A stretch of 42,508 nucleotides of DNA, taken from IMG/VR virus record IMGVR_UViG_3300027852_000018, positions 1 to 42,508 of that record. One strand, written 5' to 3'. The DNA comes from a virus. Shown in pieces: positions 16,380 through 23,449 of the stretch; the stretch's first letter is position 1, and every line of letters begins with the position of its first letter. A program made the position numbers and the translations under genes. The notes beneath the pieces are model-generated. The model searched no databases and had not been told where the DNA came from. It saw only the letters and a program-made list of their open reading frames with translations.

Positions 16380-16586
16380 CTACCCCTTTGTAGTGGTTTT
16401 TTCTTCAGAATTTAACTCTATCCATTCATCTAAAACGGCTTTATCGTATAGAACTTTTTTACCGATTTTAATGTGCTTAGGCGCATCAACACCCGCTAAC
16501 TTACCGTCTACCCTTGATCTTTTAAGGGTGTAAGGCTTGTAGTTTAAATACTTTGCTGCTTGTGCTGATGTTAATAATTCTTTCAT
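16380..16586 (-). CDS. AlpA/excisionase-type helix-turn-helix DNA-binding protein
   Basis: LTSAQAAKYLNYKPYTLKRSR...IKIGKKVLYDKAVLDEWI matches the MerR-like Xis/AlpA pattern. Confidence 0.5.
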   Translation of the reverse strand: MKELLTSAQAAKYLNYKPYTLKRSRVDGKLAGVDAPKHIKIGKKVLYDKAVLDEWIELNSEEKTTTKG

Positions 16587-16610
16587 AATTGCCTTTTAAA
16601 AATTGGTGCT

Positions 16611-16904
16611 TTAATCACTTGGTTGGTTATTCGGAACCTCTACAGGATCAAGCGCCTCAACTTCAGCAATAACTTTATTTGCATTTTCCTCTGACAAATA
16701 CCCCAGCACATCATTCGTTATTCGCGTTTCATAGGTAATGCCATCTTTATCAATAACAGCTATTTCATAAGGAGCATCATCACGAGTATAAAAAACACTC
16801 CCAGTAATAACACTAACTCCAAAACCGTTTTTAAACATATGTCTTGCCACCGATCCATCTGGACATGCGGGGTGAGGCTTAAATTCTAAATCTTTAATGT
16901 TCAT
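16611..16904 (-). CDS. Hypothetical protein (97 aa)
   Basis: First ORF after the 16970..16997 promoter. Confidence 0.55.
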   Translation of the reverse strand: MNIKDLEFKPHPACPDGSVARHMFKNGFGVSVITGSVFYTRDDAPYEIAVIDKDGITYETRITNDVLGYLSEENANKVIAEVEALDPVEVPNNQPSD

Positions 16905-16969
16905 TGTATTTCCCTTTTTAAATTAAATGTTAATTGCTAGGATGAACTTAGTTACACCCTGCACAAACC

Positions 16970-16997
16970 AATATATACCATCTTACACCTATGTCAA
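16970..16997 (-). promoter_or_regulatory. Sigma70-type promoter TTGACA-N16-TATATT
   Basis: A perfect -35 sits 3 nt after the P-like gene stop. It is intergenic, ~60 nt upstream of ATG 16904. Confidence 0.5.
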
Positions 16998-16999
16998 CC

Positions 17000-17509
17000 C
17001 TATTTTAATTTATTTTTAATCTTTGCTATTTGAGCTTTTGCATTCTTGCGTTTACTTGCTTTAGATTCATCCGATTCAATGCGCTTTGGTTGATAGTGTG
17101 GATGGGCTGGATTATTAAAGTCCATGTAAGCGCCTCCCTGTTGCTCCCAGGAGACGTCTTTGCCGTCTTGGTCTAATGCCCTGCCCTCACACAAAGCGCG
17201 GTACTGAGCGGCTCCTGGTGGCCACTGAGGGTATGTTTGTAAACAGGCTTCTAGCCCTGTCTTAATTTGAAGCTCATTTAAGCCTTTCAGGCAGGCAATC
17301 CAGGTAGGGTCTACCGATTCACCAAATTGGCTTGTGAACTTATGGCCGTACATGCTGGTTAAGATTGGCCAGATGTAAACACATGCTTCACGGGCTTTTT
17401 TAATCGTCTCTGATTTTTGCAAGCTCTCTGTTGCTGTTTTGCTGGACTCGTTCGACAAGTGAGAGTTTTTGATTACTTGGTTTATTTGTTTCACGTGAAA
17501 CCTTCCCAA
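17000..17509 (-). CDS. Lambda P-like replication protein (putative helicase loader); start unresolved
   Basis: WIACLKGLNELQIKTGLEACLQTYPQWPPGAAQYRALC resembles lambda P RQWVLAFRENGIT...PFLPSPGQFVAWC. The track start is a TTG lying 110 nt inside the O-like gene. Confidence 0.5.
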   Translation of the reverse strand: MGRFHVKQINQVIKNSHLSNESSKTATESLQKSETIKKAREACVYIWPILTSMYGHKFTSQFGESVDPTWIACLKGLNELQIKTGLEACLQTYPQWPPGAAQYRALCEGRALDQDGKDVSWEQQGGAYMDFNNPAHPHYQPKRIESDESKASKRKNAKAQIAKIKNKLK

Positions 17510-18254
17510 TGTTGTTGATAAAGAATTCTAGCTTTTCACCAGATCGGCAAATTAGCGTTAAATCATCGTAAATCGTTCCTGAGTCGTTTTCGCCCATGTG
17601 ATAAGCAGATTTTGCGCAGCCGTCAATGGCCTGCTTAATTTGGTCAACAGTGTAACCATCATTAAGCCTTGCCTTGATTTTCGCTTTTCGTTTGTCTGTG
17701 AATTTAGCTGTGTTGTTTTTCTGAAGAATTAATTTCCAATACTCGAATATATCAAGCAGGTCGGGTTTATCCGACATATGTTTTTCTCTAGGAATCAGGA
17801 TACAGGAATCAGGAATCAGGATACAGGAATCAGCCGGTGCCGTTCCGTTTTCATCGTGATTGGATCGAGATAAATCGCGATTAATCGTGAGTCCTTTTAA
17901 ATCAACAGCTTGCCGCATACTTTCAGAGAAGCAAGGAATAGAACTACCTTTTTGTTTTTCGTTTTTGTGAGGGTTCTGATGAGAACAGAAATTAACCACA
18001 TTTAGGTATATTTTATCCCCATCTGAGAAGAACCGAATGAACCCGAGCGAATCGAGATTAATCGCGATTTTTTTAATGTTGCAATTATCATAGGGCAAGA
18101 CAAGCGCTTTTATCTTTTTTTCACGCCACTCAACATCCCCTTTATAATCTGCAATTGTCCATAATCCGATAAAGAACAATCTGCCAATTGGGTCAATTTC
18201 AGCCAAAGTATCATTTGTAAAAAAGCTGTATTTTATATTTCTTGATCTTGGCAT
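17400..18254 (-). CDS. Replication initiator / replisome organiser (O-like; conserved phage C-terminal domain)
   Basis: C-terminal FEYWKLILQK...RKAKIKARLNDGYTVDQIKQAIDGCAKSAYHMGEN matches the conserved phage replication C-terminus. Iterons lie in the linker. Upstream of the P-like gene. Confidence 0.6.
   Translation of the reverse strand: MPRSRNIKYSFFTNDTLAEIDPIGRLFFIGLWTIADYKGDVEWREKKIKALVLPYDNCNIKKIAINLDSLGFIRFFSDGDKIYLNVVNFCSHQNPHKNEKQKGSSIPCFSESMRQAVDLKGLTINRDLSRSNHDENGTAPADSCILIPDSCILIPREKHMSDKPDLLDIFEYWKLILQKNNTAKFTDKRKAKIKARLNDGYTVDQIKQAIDGCAKSAYHMGENDSGTIYDDLTLICRSGEKLEFFINNIGKVSRETNKPSNQKLSLVERVQQNSNRELAKIRDD
17791..17832. repeat. Two perfect 21-bp tandem repeats containing four GGAATCAG iterons; candidate origin
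   Basis: ggaatcaggatacaggaatca occurs twice. Iterons start at 17791, 17805, 17812 and 17826. It encodes DSCILIP twice in the initiator linker. Confidence 0.5.
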
Positions 18255-18898
18255 TATTCAGCCTCGCAAGAATCAGGGAAGTTGATTGTGTGCTCAAGGT
18301 TGTTATCAATTACATATTTATCATAGGCTTTTGCTGCCGTTATTGGGTCTTTAAAACTTCCGAGAGTAACCCTCTTATAGTTAACTGAAATACTTACACT
18401 ATATTTTTTACATCCCTTTTTTTTACAAACACCTCGATAACCTGTTGTGTTTGTTGAGCGTAAGCGTCTAGTGTTCCTTAGCTGAGTTGCCATAGTGGAA
18501 AAGCGGCAATTACCTGGCTCATAATTCCCATCGTTGTTAATTCTATCTATAGATAAATTATCTTTATAACCATTATTTAAGCACCACTTTTCAAAAGTTA
18601 GGTAATCTGCCCATTCATCACAAACCTCTACACCTCTACCTCCATAATTCTTATATCCTGGTCTATTCGGGCTGTAGCACCTTTTCCTCATGCTTCGCCA
18701 AATACTGTAAATCCTGTCTTGACCATTAATATTGACTCTTTTCAACCGAATGCGGCAACCATTGCAAGTAGAGGTGCTTGGTATATCTATTCTTCTTTCA
18801 TAAACACAACCGCATTTTTGGCAAACAAACACCCCTTTTTTTACCAACTTTTTACAAGTTTTGTTTGGTTTTTTACCAATATCTAATAATAATATCAT
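18254..18898 (-). CDS. HNH homing endonuclease with AP2-type DNA-binding domain
   Basis: N-terminal CxxC pairs. DRINNDGNYEPGNCRF (HNH-type). C-terminal GYRGV...KYSVSISVNYKRVTLGSFKDPITAAKAYD (AP2 pattern). Confidence 0.7.
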   Translation of the reverse strand: MILLLDIGKKPNKTCKKLVKKGVFVCQKCGCVYERRIDIPSTSTCNGCRIRLKRVNINGQDRIYSIWRSMRKRCYSPNRPGYKNYGGRGVEVCDEWADYLTFEKWCLNNGYKDNLSIDRINNDGNYEPGNCRFSTMATQLRNTRRLRSTNTTGYRGVCKKKGCKKYSVSISVNYKRVTLGSFKDPITAAKAYDKYVIDNNLEHTINFPDSCEAE

Positions 18899-18969
18899 TC
18901 AAACACTCCAGCTTTATTTTTAGCGGCCGCAGGTAAGCCATGAAATAAACGCTCTAGGAATATTAGCAG

Positions 18970-18997
18970 TTGAGTATTTGAGGTTGGTTGGTATAAT
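18970..18997 (+). promoter_or_regulatory. Sigma70 promoter TTGAGT-N16-(TGg)TATAAT, opposite to the surrounding operon
   Basis: Read directly. The extended -10 TGGTATAAT is at 18989..18997. Confidence 0.55.
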
Positions 18998-19003
18998 AAG
19001 AGG

Positions 19004-19143
19004 AAGTAGCGCGGGGTATTGCGGCTTCTTTTCTTATTTTCTCAAGCTAAAAATACTTAGGGCTGCAACCCTAGAGCACTACAGACACATTAACCTCTTA
19101 ACGGAGGTTTGTCGAGAAAAGCCTGCTTAATTGCAGGTTTTTT
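19004..19143 (+). ncRNA. Candidate ~140-nt small RNA (promoter-to-terminator unit without ORF)
   Basis: No ATG-initiated ORF. Hairpins at 19003..19028, 19058..19073 and 19092..19109 (the last contains CCUC/GGAGG). Ends in an intrinsic terminator. Confidence 0.4.
19120..19143. terminator. Rho-independent terminator, probably bidirectional
   Basis: CCTGC-ttaatt-GCAGG followed by T6 on the plus strand. On the minus strand the same hairpin is followed by CTTTTCT, 16 nt after the stop of 19159..19341. Confidence 0.6.
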
Positions 19144-19158
19144 GTGGGTGTACATAAC

Positions 19159-19341
19159 TCACCCCCACCCACCAAATAACGGTTTGCCTGTTTCAATTAT
19201 TTCTTTTGTAGCCTCCAATGCTTTATCGTATAAATCTGGGTCTGTGTTTCTTTCATCAGGCCATATTTCCCATATTAACCCATGCCTGGTTTGAACAGTC
19301 CATTGCCCATTATCAAAATATGGTACTTCAAATTCTGGCAT
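19159..19341 (-). CDS. Hypothetical protein (60 aa)
   Basis: AAGGGGA SD cassette upstream. Confidence 0.55.
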   Translation of the reverse strand: MPEFEVPYFDNGQWTVQTRHGLIWEIWPDERNTDPDLYDKALEATKEIIETGKPLFGGWG

Positions 19342-19359
19342 AATAATCCCCTTTAGATG

Positions 19360-19623
19360 TTAAAACCTGACATTAGTGTGAAATTCAAAGTTCTTAACAA
19401 CCTTTAAAAACTTACTATTACAGAAAATCGCAGCATCTATACTGTCACTCCACGCCTCTATTGTGCATGTAGTTATAGCTTGCCCACCAATACCGCCAAA
19501 TGGCCCAGTAGTATTAGCAAATGTCTCAGCCCACGCAAAATAATGCAAGTAATGCTCTGGACAATCCAAAACCTCGGAGGCTTTTTCTCTATCTTTTTTC
19601 TGCCTTTCTGTTTGCTTATCCAT
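19360..19623 (-). CDS. Hypothetical protein (87 aa)
   Basis: An identical SD cassette CTAAAGGGGATTATTATG lies upstream. Confidence 0.55.
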   Translation of the reverse strand: MDKQTERQKKDREKASEVLDCPEHYLHYFAWAETFANTTGPFGGIGGQAITTCTIEAWSDSIDAAIFCNSKFLKVVKNFEFHTNVRF

Positions 19624-19634
19624 AATAATCCCCT

Positions 19635-20285
19635 TTAGTTAATGTTTTCGTCTTTACAGATGGCTAACCAATCAGCATTAATTTCAGCCCAAAATACGTG
19701 GCTACCTGATTTTGACCAATCAAAAGCGTGGGTTACCCACTCTTCCAAGTCTTCCCCGAATAAATTCGTCCACGCTTGCGCAAGGTTACTATGCGTCTCC
19801 AGCATGCTAAATTGAGCATTCATAAGCCAATACTCAAACTTCTCAAGCGCACCTTTATCACGTAGAAACTGCTTAAACTTTTCTTGTTGGGTGATCTCTG
19901 GTGTAGGCTTTTCTTGCTTGGCATGGCGACTAAGATACCCTATATCGCAAATAAGACCGTCCATAGCTTCAGCCTCGTGGTATTGCTTAAGGTAATTGCG
20001 CCAGCTCTCTTGAATATCATAGCCTGAATCACTTACCCAGGTTGCCGGTTTAAAAAGGTTGCAGTATGTAACTAATTCCATCCCTTTAGCGAAGACGGGC
20101 AGCGTTGATCTCAACTCACCTTTGAACTTCTCATACACACCCAAACTTTTAAGCACATCAATAAACTCACGCTGCAAAGGATGCGGCTCTGGCTCTTTAG
20201 TTTCCGGTTTCGGTGCAGTTAACTGCTTAGCATTGCTTACCACAAAGGGTTTGTTGTGGTCTGTGAAATAATTACCGTGGTTCAT
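19635..20285 (-). CDS. Hypothetical protein (216 aa) with an internal two-fold repeat
   Basis: FIDVLKSLGVYEKFKGEL and FKQFLRDKGALEKFEYWL segments. Confidence 0.55.
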   Translation of the reverse strand: MNHGNYFTDHNKPFVVSNAKQLTAPKPETKEPEPHPLQREFIDVLKSLGVYEKFKGELRSTLPVFAKGMELVTYCNLFKPATWVSDSGYDIQESWRNYLKQYHEAEAMDGLICDIGYLSRHAKQEKPTPEITQQEKFKQFLRDKGALEKFEYWLMNAQFSMLETHSNLAQAWTNLFGEDLEEWVTHAFDWSKSGSHVFWAEINADWLAICKDENIN

Positions 20286-20542
20286 TCCGATTCCCCTTTA
20301 ACAACATCTTTATCAAGCGTAGTTTCTACCACATGAATAGAGTCACCTTCACATGAATATATCACTGAGTATACCCACCCCTGGTTATCATTTTCGTGAA
20401 CTGTTTCCTCAAAGTCCTCTAGGTATCGACAATATTCTTTCGCACTTTTCTTCGCAAACTTCACAGCTTCCTCAACATCTGAGAAAACATGAGCTGTTGT
20501 ATCTGAGTGCCGATCATTCCAAATTACTGTGTATAGTTTCAT
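20282..20542 (-). CDS. Hypothetical protein (86 aa)
   Basis: ATGA-coupled ORF. Confidence 0.55.
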   Translation of the reverse strand: MKLYTVIWNDRHSDTTAHVFSDVEEAVKFAKKSAKEYCRYLEDFEETVHENDNQGWVYSVIYSCEGDSIHVVETTLDKDVVKGESE

Positions 20543-20543
20543 T

Positions 20544-20741
20544 TCACTTCTCCGAATTGTTTATATTTTTAATGCAATCCCACATCACCACACCTGACAC
20601 TTCACATGCAGCCTCTTTCTTTAGCATAGCTGAGTACTGGGCTGCCAGCGCCTCTTGCTGCTCGTATTCCTGCTCATCTAGTGTTGCTACCAGTAGAAAC
20701 ATTATTATTAGTGATAGTAAGTAGAACGGGCCTAGTTTCAT
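20544..20741 (-). CDS. Small membrane/secreted protein (65 aa)
   Basis: N-terminal hydrophobic segment FYLLSLIIMFLLVATL. Confidence 0.5.
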   Translation of the reverse strand: MKLGPFYLLSLIIMFLLVATLDEQEYEQQEALAAQYSAMLKKEAACEVSGVVMWDCIKNINNSEK

Positions 20742-21040
20742 TGTTGTTCCTCGCTAGGTTGATCGCTCTCAACGACTACAGAGTAATTGCCGCACCTATC
20801 CGAGCACAAAAGATTCTTATTTTTCATTCTATATAGCTTGGCTGTCAGATTTCTGCGTTTACTGATAACGCCGTTTTGTTTATACAAAGCAACTAAAAGG
20901 TGATCTATGGAAATCGTTCCACCATTCTTTTCTATAATGTTTACAATTTTAAATTCAGCGTGATCGCTTTCTGATAAGCTTAGCTCATCAATAAGTTCTT
21001 GGGGCAAGTCTTTTAGATCATCTAGACTGTTTATTTTCAT
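20738..21040 (-). CDS. Putative winged-helix DNA-binding protein (100 aa)
   Basis: GGTISIDHLLVALYKQNGVISKRRNLTAKLYRMKNKNLL resembles a wHTH recognition segment. Weak. Confidence 0.35.
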   Translation of the reverse strand: MKINSLDDLKDLPQELIDELSLSESDHAEFKIVNIIEKNGGTISIDHLLVALYKQNGVISKRRNLTAKLYRMKNKNLLCSDRCGNYSVVVESDQPSEEQQ

Positions 21041-21288
21041 CGGTGTTCCTTTGTGATTTTTTCTAATCTATCATCAAGTTCAAGCATCATTTCTGGATCA
21101 CAACAAGCATGCGCAGCTTCAGTTATAGCTGTCACTTGCTGCTCTAAGTCAAACAGTCTTTGCCTAGTCCTACGTCCGACGGTCGGGAGGCGATCCAGGC
21201 ATGCGTTGCATATTGTCTCGCCATTCATAAAGGTGCTCATGTAACCCGTGGCTGGGCAGTAGTCACACTTCTTAATTGGTTTATTCAT
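21037..21288 (-). CDS. Zn-ribbon protein (83 aa)
   Basis: CDYCP...CNAC pairs. Confidence 0.5.
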   Translation of the reverse strand: MNKPIKKCDYCPATGYMSTFMNGETICNACLDRLPTVGRRTRQRLFDLEQQVTAITEAAHACCDPEMMLELDDRLEKITKEHR

Positions 21289-21460
21289 TTTCCGGCTTAC
21301 TCACTATTTCAAAATCAAACGGTCTGCTGTAGCTCGGCATCCAAGTACCACATGAGCATTTATACCTGAGCATTATTGAGTTATTTCCCTGAAGGCGTTC
21401 TTTACAGTTCGGGCAGTGTGGCTTTAGTTCAGACACTTTTCTATATTCTGGTTTAATCAT
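21281..21460 (-). CDS. Zn-ribbon protein (59 aa, below track cutoff)
   Basis: ATG 21460 overlaps the upstream end. CPNC...CSCG. I checked that the frame is open. Its stop overlaps the next ATG. Confidence 0.5.
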   Translation of the reverse strand: MIKPEYRKVSELKPHCPNCKERLQGNNSIMLRYKCSCGTWMPSYSRPFDFEIVSKPENE

Positions 21461-21794
21461 TCACCGCCACCACAACTACATCTTTACCTACAAGAGGGTC
21501 TGGCATAGCCTTGTATCTCTGAAGGAAAGCCGCTCGGTCTTCTTCGGACGGTATGGGCAAGTCAAACTCGCCGACATGGGTCGTGTCCCATTCATCGTTC
21601 CAAAAGCGTTTGTCCTTAACATTAGCCCGCAACCATGGCTCAACAGCCCTCAGGACGCGCGGTAGCATATGAGTCATTAAACCACTCTCATCAGTAAGTA
21701 AGCCAAGATCTTCGTAAACATGGTCGATTTTAGTATGTAGCCGGCCTGTGGTTAAATTTCTAAGTCTTTGGATATCTATTTTTATATTACTCAT
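21453..21794 (-). CDS. Hypothetical protein (113 aa)
   Basis: ORF in the series. Confidence 0.55.
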   Translation of the reverse strand: MSNIKIDIQRLRNLTTGRLHTKIDHVYEDLGLLTDESGLMTHMLPRVLRAVEPWLRANVKDKRFWNDEWDTTHVGEFDLPIPSEEDRAAFLQRYKAMPDPLVGKDVVVVAVND

Positions 21795-21960
21795 TCGCTG
21801 CCTCCATCTTTTTAATAATGAGCTTATCTTGCAAGTGCTCTATCTCTTTGTCTCGCAAGTGCTGAATTAGAGCCTCGGTGACTGTTAAGTCAGCCGCGCC
21901 CAGGTCTCCGGTCATTTTGTGTAGTAACACTTCGTCGATTAGTTGCTTTTGATTGTTCAT
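21787..21960 (-). CDS. Hypothetical protein (57 aa)
   Basis: ATG 21960 overlaps the upstream TGA (ATGA). The track start 21996 is unlikely. Confidence 0.45.
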   Translation of the reverse strand: MNNQKQLIDEVLLHKMTGDLGAADLTVTEALIQHLRDKEIEHLQDKLIIKKMEAANE

Positions 21961-22223
21961 GTTGCTGCTCCTAACATGCCACCCTGCTGCACCCAATCAT
22001 CGTACAGCTTCTTGCTGCCATGGCACATAGATGGCAACTCGTTATATATGTAGTTGGCCCAAATTGGTATGCGCTCGATATTCAGATGATCAGCCCGGCG
22101 GCAAGCTCCCATCAGGTCGTTACGCAGCATTGCTTGCAGGAACCCGCCAGGCTCGATTCCATGGCTAACGTATCTATCAAGCGCATCTTTAGAGTGTAGC
22201 TGTGAATAATCGAAAACATCCAT
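21957..22223 (-). CDS. Hypothetical protein (88 aa)
   Basis: ATG 22223 lies 1 nt after the upstream TAA, with GAGGGGG as SD. Confidence 0.55.
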   Translation of the reverse strand: MDVFDYSQLHSKDALDRYVSHGIEPGGFLQAMLRNDLMGACRRADHLNIERIPIWANYIYNELPSMCHGSKKLYDDWVQQGGMLGAAT

Positions 22224-22224
22224 C

Positions 22225-22437
22225 TTAAACCCCCTCACGCCTCAAGGCTTCAGTTACACATTCATCTAATGATTTATTGCCACCCTCACAAGCGTCCACG
22301 AATTCAAATATTCTCTCACCTGCGGCTGAACATTCAGTTGTAGTTTTGAAGCCGCTAATACATCCGATTTCAAATTGAGTTTGAATGTCTTTAGGAGTTA
22401 CGATTGAGATTGCTGCTGCTAATATTAAAGTTTTCAT
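22225..22437 (-). CDS. Small secreted Cys-containing protein (70 aa)
   Basis: Signal-like MKTLILAAAISIV and four Cys. Confidence 0.5.
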   Translation of the reverse strand: MKTLILAAAISIVTPKDIQTQFEIGCISGFKTTTECSAAGERIFEFVDACEGGNKSLDECVTEALRREGV

Positions 22438-22476
22438 AATGTTGCCCTTTGGTTGGTTTAGGTTTATACGTTGAAT

Positions 22477-23022
22477 CTATTTGCGTTTCTGCCCGTAATC
22501 GCGTTTCTTAATCTTCGCCATACGTCCATCCTTATGGTGAAACACTAGCCCTTCAATATCCCTGTGTTCTAAAAAACCACGTATCCCATCAAAGGTTCTT
22601 TCAATCCCGTCATATTGTGGCGCTCCACTGTGTGGCACTAGCACATGCGTCTCAAATCCTTCTGGGTTGCCTTGCACTTTCGGGCCGCAAAGTTCGTAAG
22701 TTCCATCAGGCCAATTACCATCGCCAAACGCCTCAACGTGCCAGCGATCTTCATCAGCATCGGTTACGGGCATCCAGCCGACTTTCTTACCTGTTATTTC
22801 ATCTGAATCAACTAGCTTAAATCCTTCCGGTTGTGGCTTGCCTTTTTTTAACTCCCGGCGCTTAAACATTAAGCCGTCCATAACCATGCAGCAAGTACCG
22901 TCATACTTTCTTGTTGGCACTCCTTCTCCAGAAAATACCCAAGCGCACTCTTTATGCGGCTCGTCTAATAATTCGCGCCTGTTATCGGGGTTGCGTTTAA
23001 ATATTGTTGGTGTCTTTTTCAT
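22477..23022 (-). CDS. Minimal covalent nucleotidyltransferase, RNA/DNA ligase-like (181 aa)
   Basis: Motif I TRKYDGT, motif III-like GTYELCGPK, motif IV IEGLVFH and motif V GRMAKIKKRD, in the canonical order. Confidence 0.55.
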   Translation of the reverse strand: MKKTPTIFKRNPDNRRELLDEPHKECAWVFSGEGVPTRKYDGTCCMVMDGLMFKRRELKKGKPQPEGFKLVDSDEITGKKVGWMPVTDADEDRWHVEAFGDGNWPDGTYELCGPKVQGNPEGFETHVLVPHSGAPQYDGIERTFDGIRGFLEHRDIEGLVFHHKDGRMAKIKKRDYGQKRK

Positions 23023-23073
23023 AATGTTGCCCTTTCTTGTGTGTTGTCAAAAATTTGCAAATATTGCGCGTTA

Positions 23074-23355
23074 TTAATACATCTTATGCTCCCAAATATG
23101 GTCAATTATTTGATCCACATAAAACTCTATATCACTCTGGTATAAAGCAGCATAAGTGCCAGGTAGAGCAGTAGATTTACCCCATGGCTTAACCGAAACT
23201 GAGAAGTCAGGGAATTGAAGCTTAACCTTCTTACGAATTGAAGATATAAATCTTATAATACCCTGCTCAGAATCATCACCCAAATAGCGCGGGCAAACGA
23301 TTACATCTATAGTGGCCACATTATCGCCTTTGTTAATTCTTTCTGATATTGACAT
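23074..23355 (-). CDS. Hypothetical protein (93 aa), first gene of the leftward early operon
   Basis: ATG 23355 with AAGGGGAA 5 nt upstream. The track start 23406 lies upstream of the predicted TSS. Confidence 0.55.
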   Translation of the reverse strand: MSISERINKGDNVATIDVIVCPRYLGDDSEQGIIRFISSIRKKVKLQFPDFSVSVKPWGKSTALPGTYAALYQSDIEFYVDQIIDHIWEHKMY

Positions 23356-23396
23356 GACATTTCCCCTTTTTGGTTGTTTCTTAAGTGTATAACTAC

Positions 23397-23424
23397 ATAA
23401 TAGCATACTATTATCTTATGTCAA
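23397..23424 (-). promoter_or_regulatory. Leftward early promoter TTGACA-N16-(TGc)TATTAT
   Basis: Read directly on the minus strand in the divergent intergenic region. Confidence 0.6.
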
Positions 23425-23449
23425 CACTTATATTATATTTATATTATTA

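Noticed and set aside
17791-17832. The tandem repeats here, and the 12-nt LTRD repeats at 25707..25760, as CRISPR-like arrays.
   Set aside because: There are only 2-5 short contiguous units without spacers, all inside ORFs and in frame. No cas genes are present.
459-23077. Numerous plus-strand ORFs of 60-223 aa listed in the track within the minus-strand operons (for example 708..1133, 13722..13940, 14055..14525, 29667..30338, 33469..33858, 41998..42447).
   Set aside because: All lie antisense to long, motif-supported or tightly coupled minus-strand genes. They have Ser/Leu/Cys-rich low-complexity translations and lack SD sequences. They are shadow ORFs.
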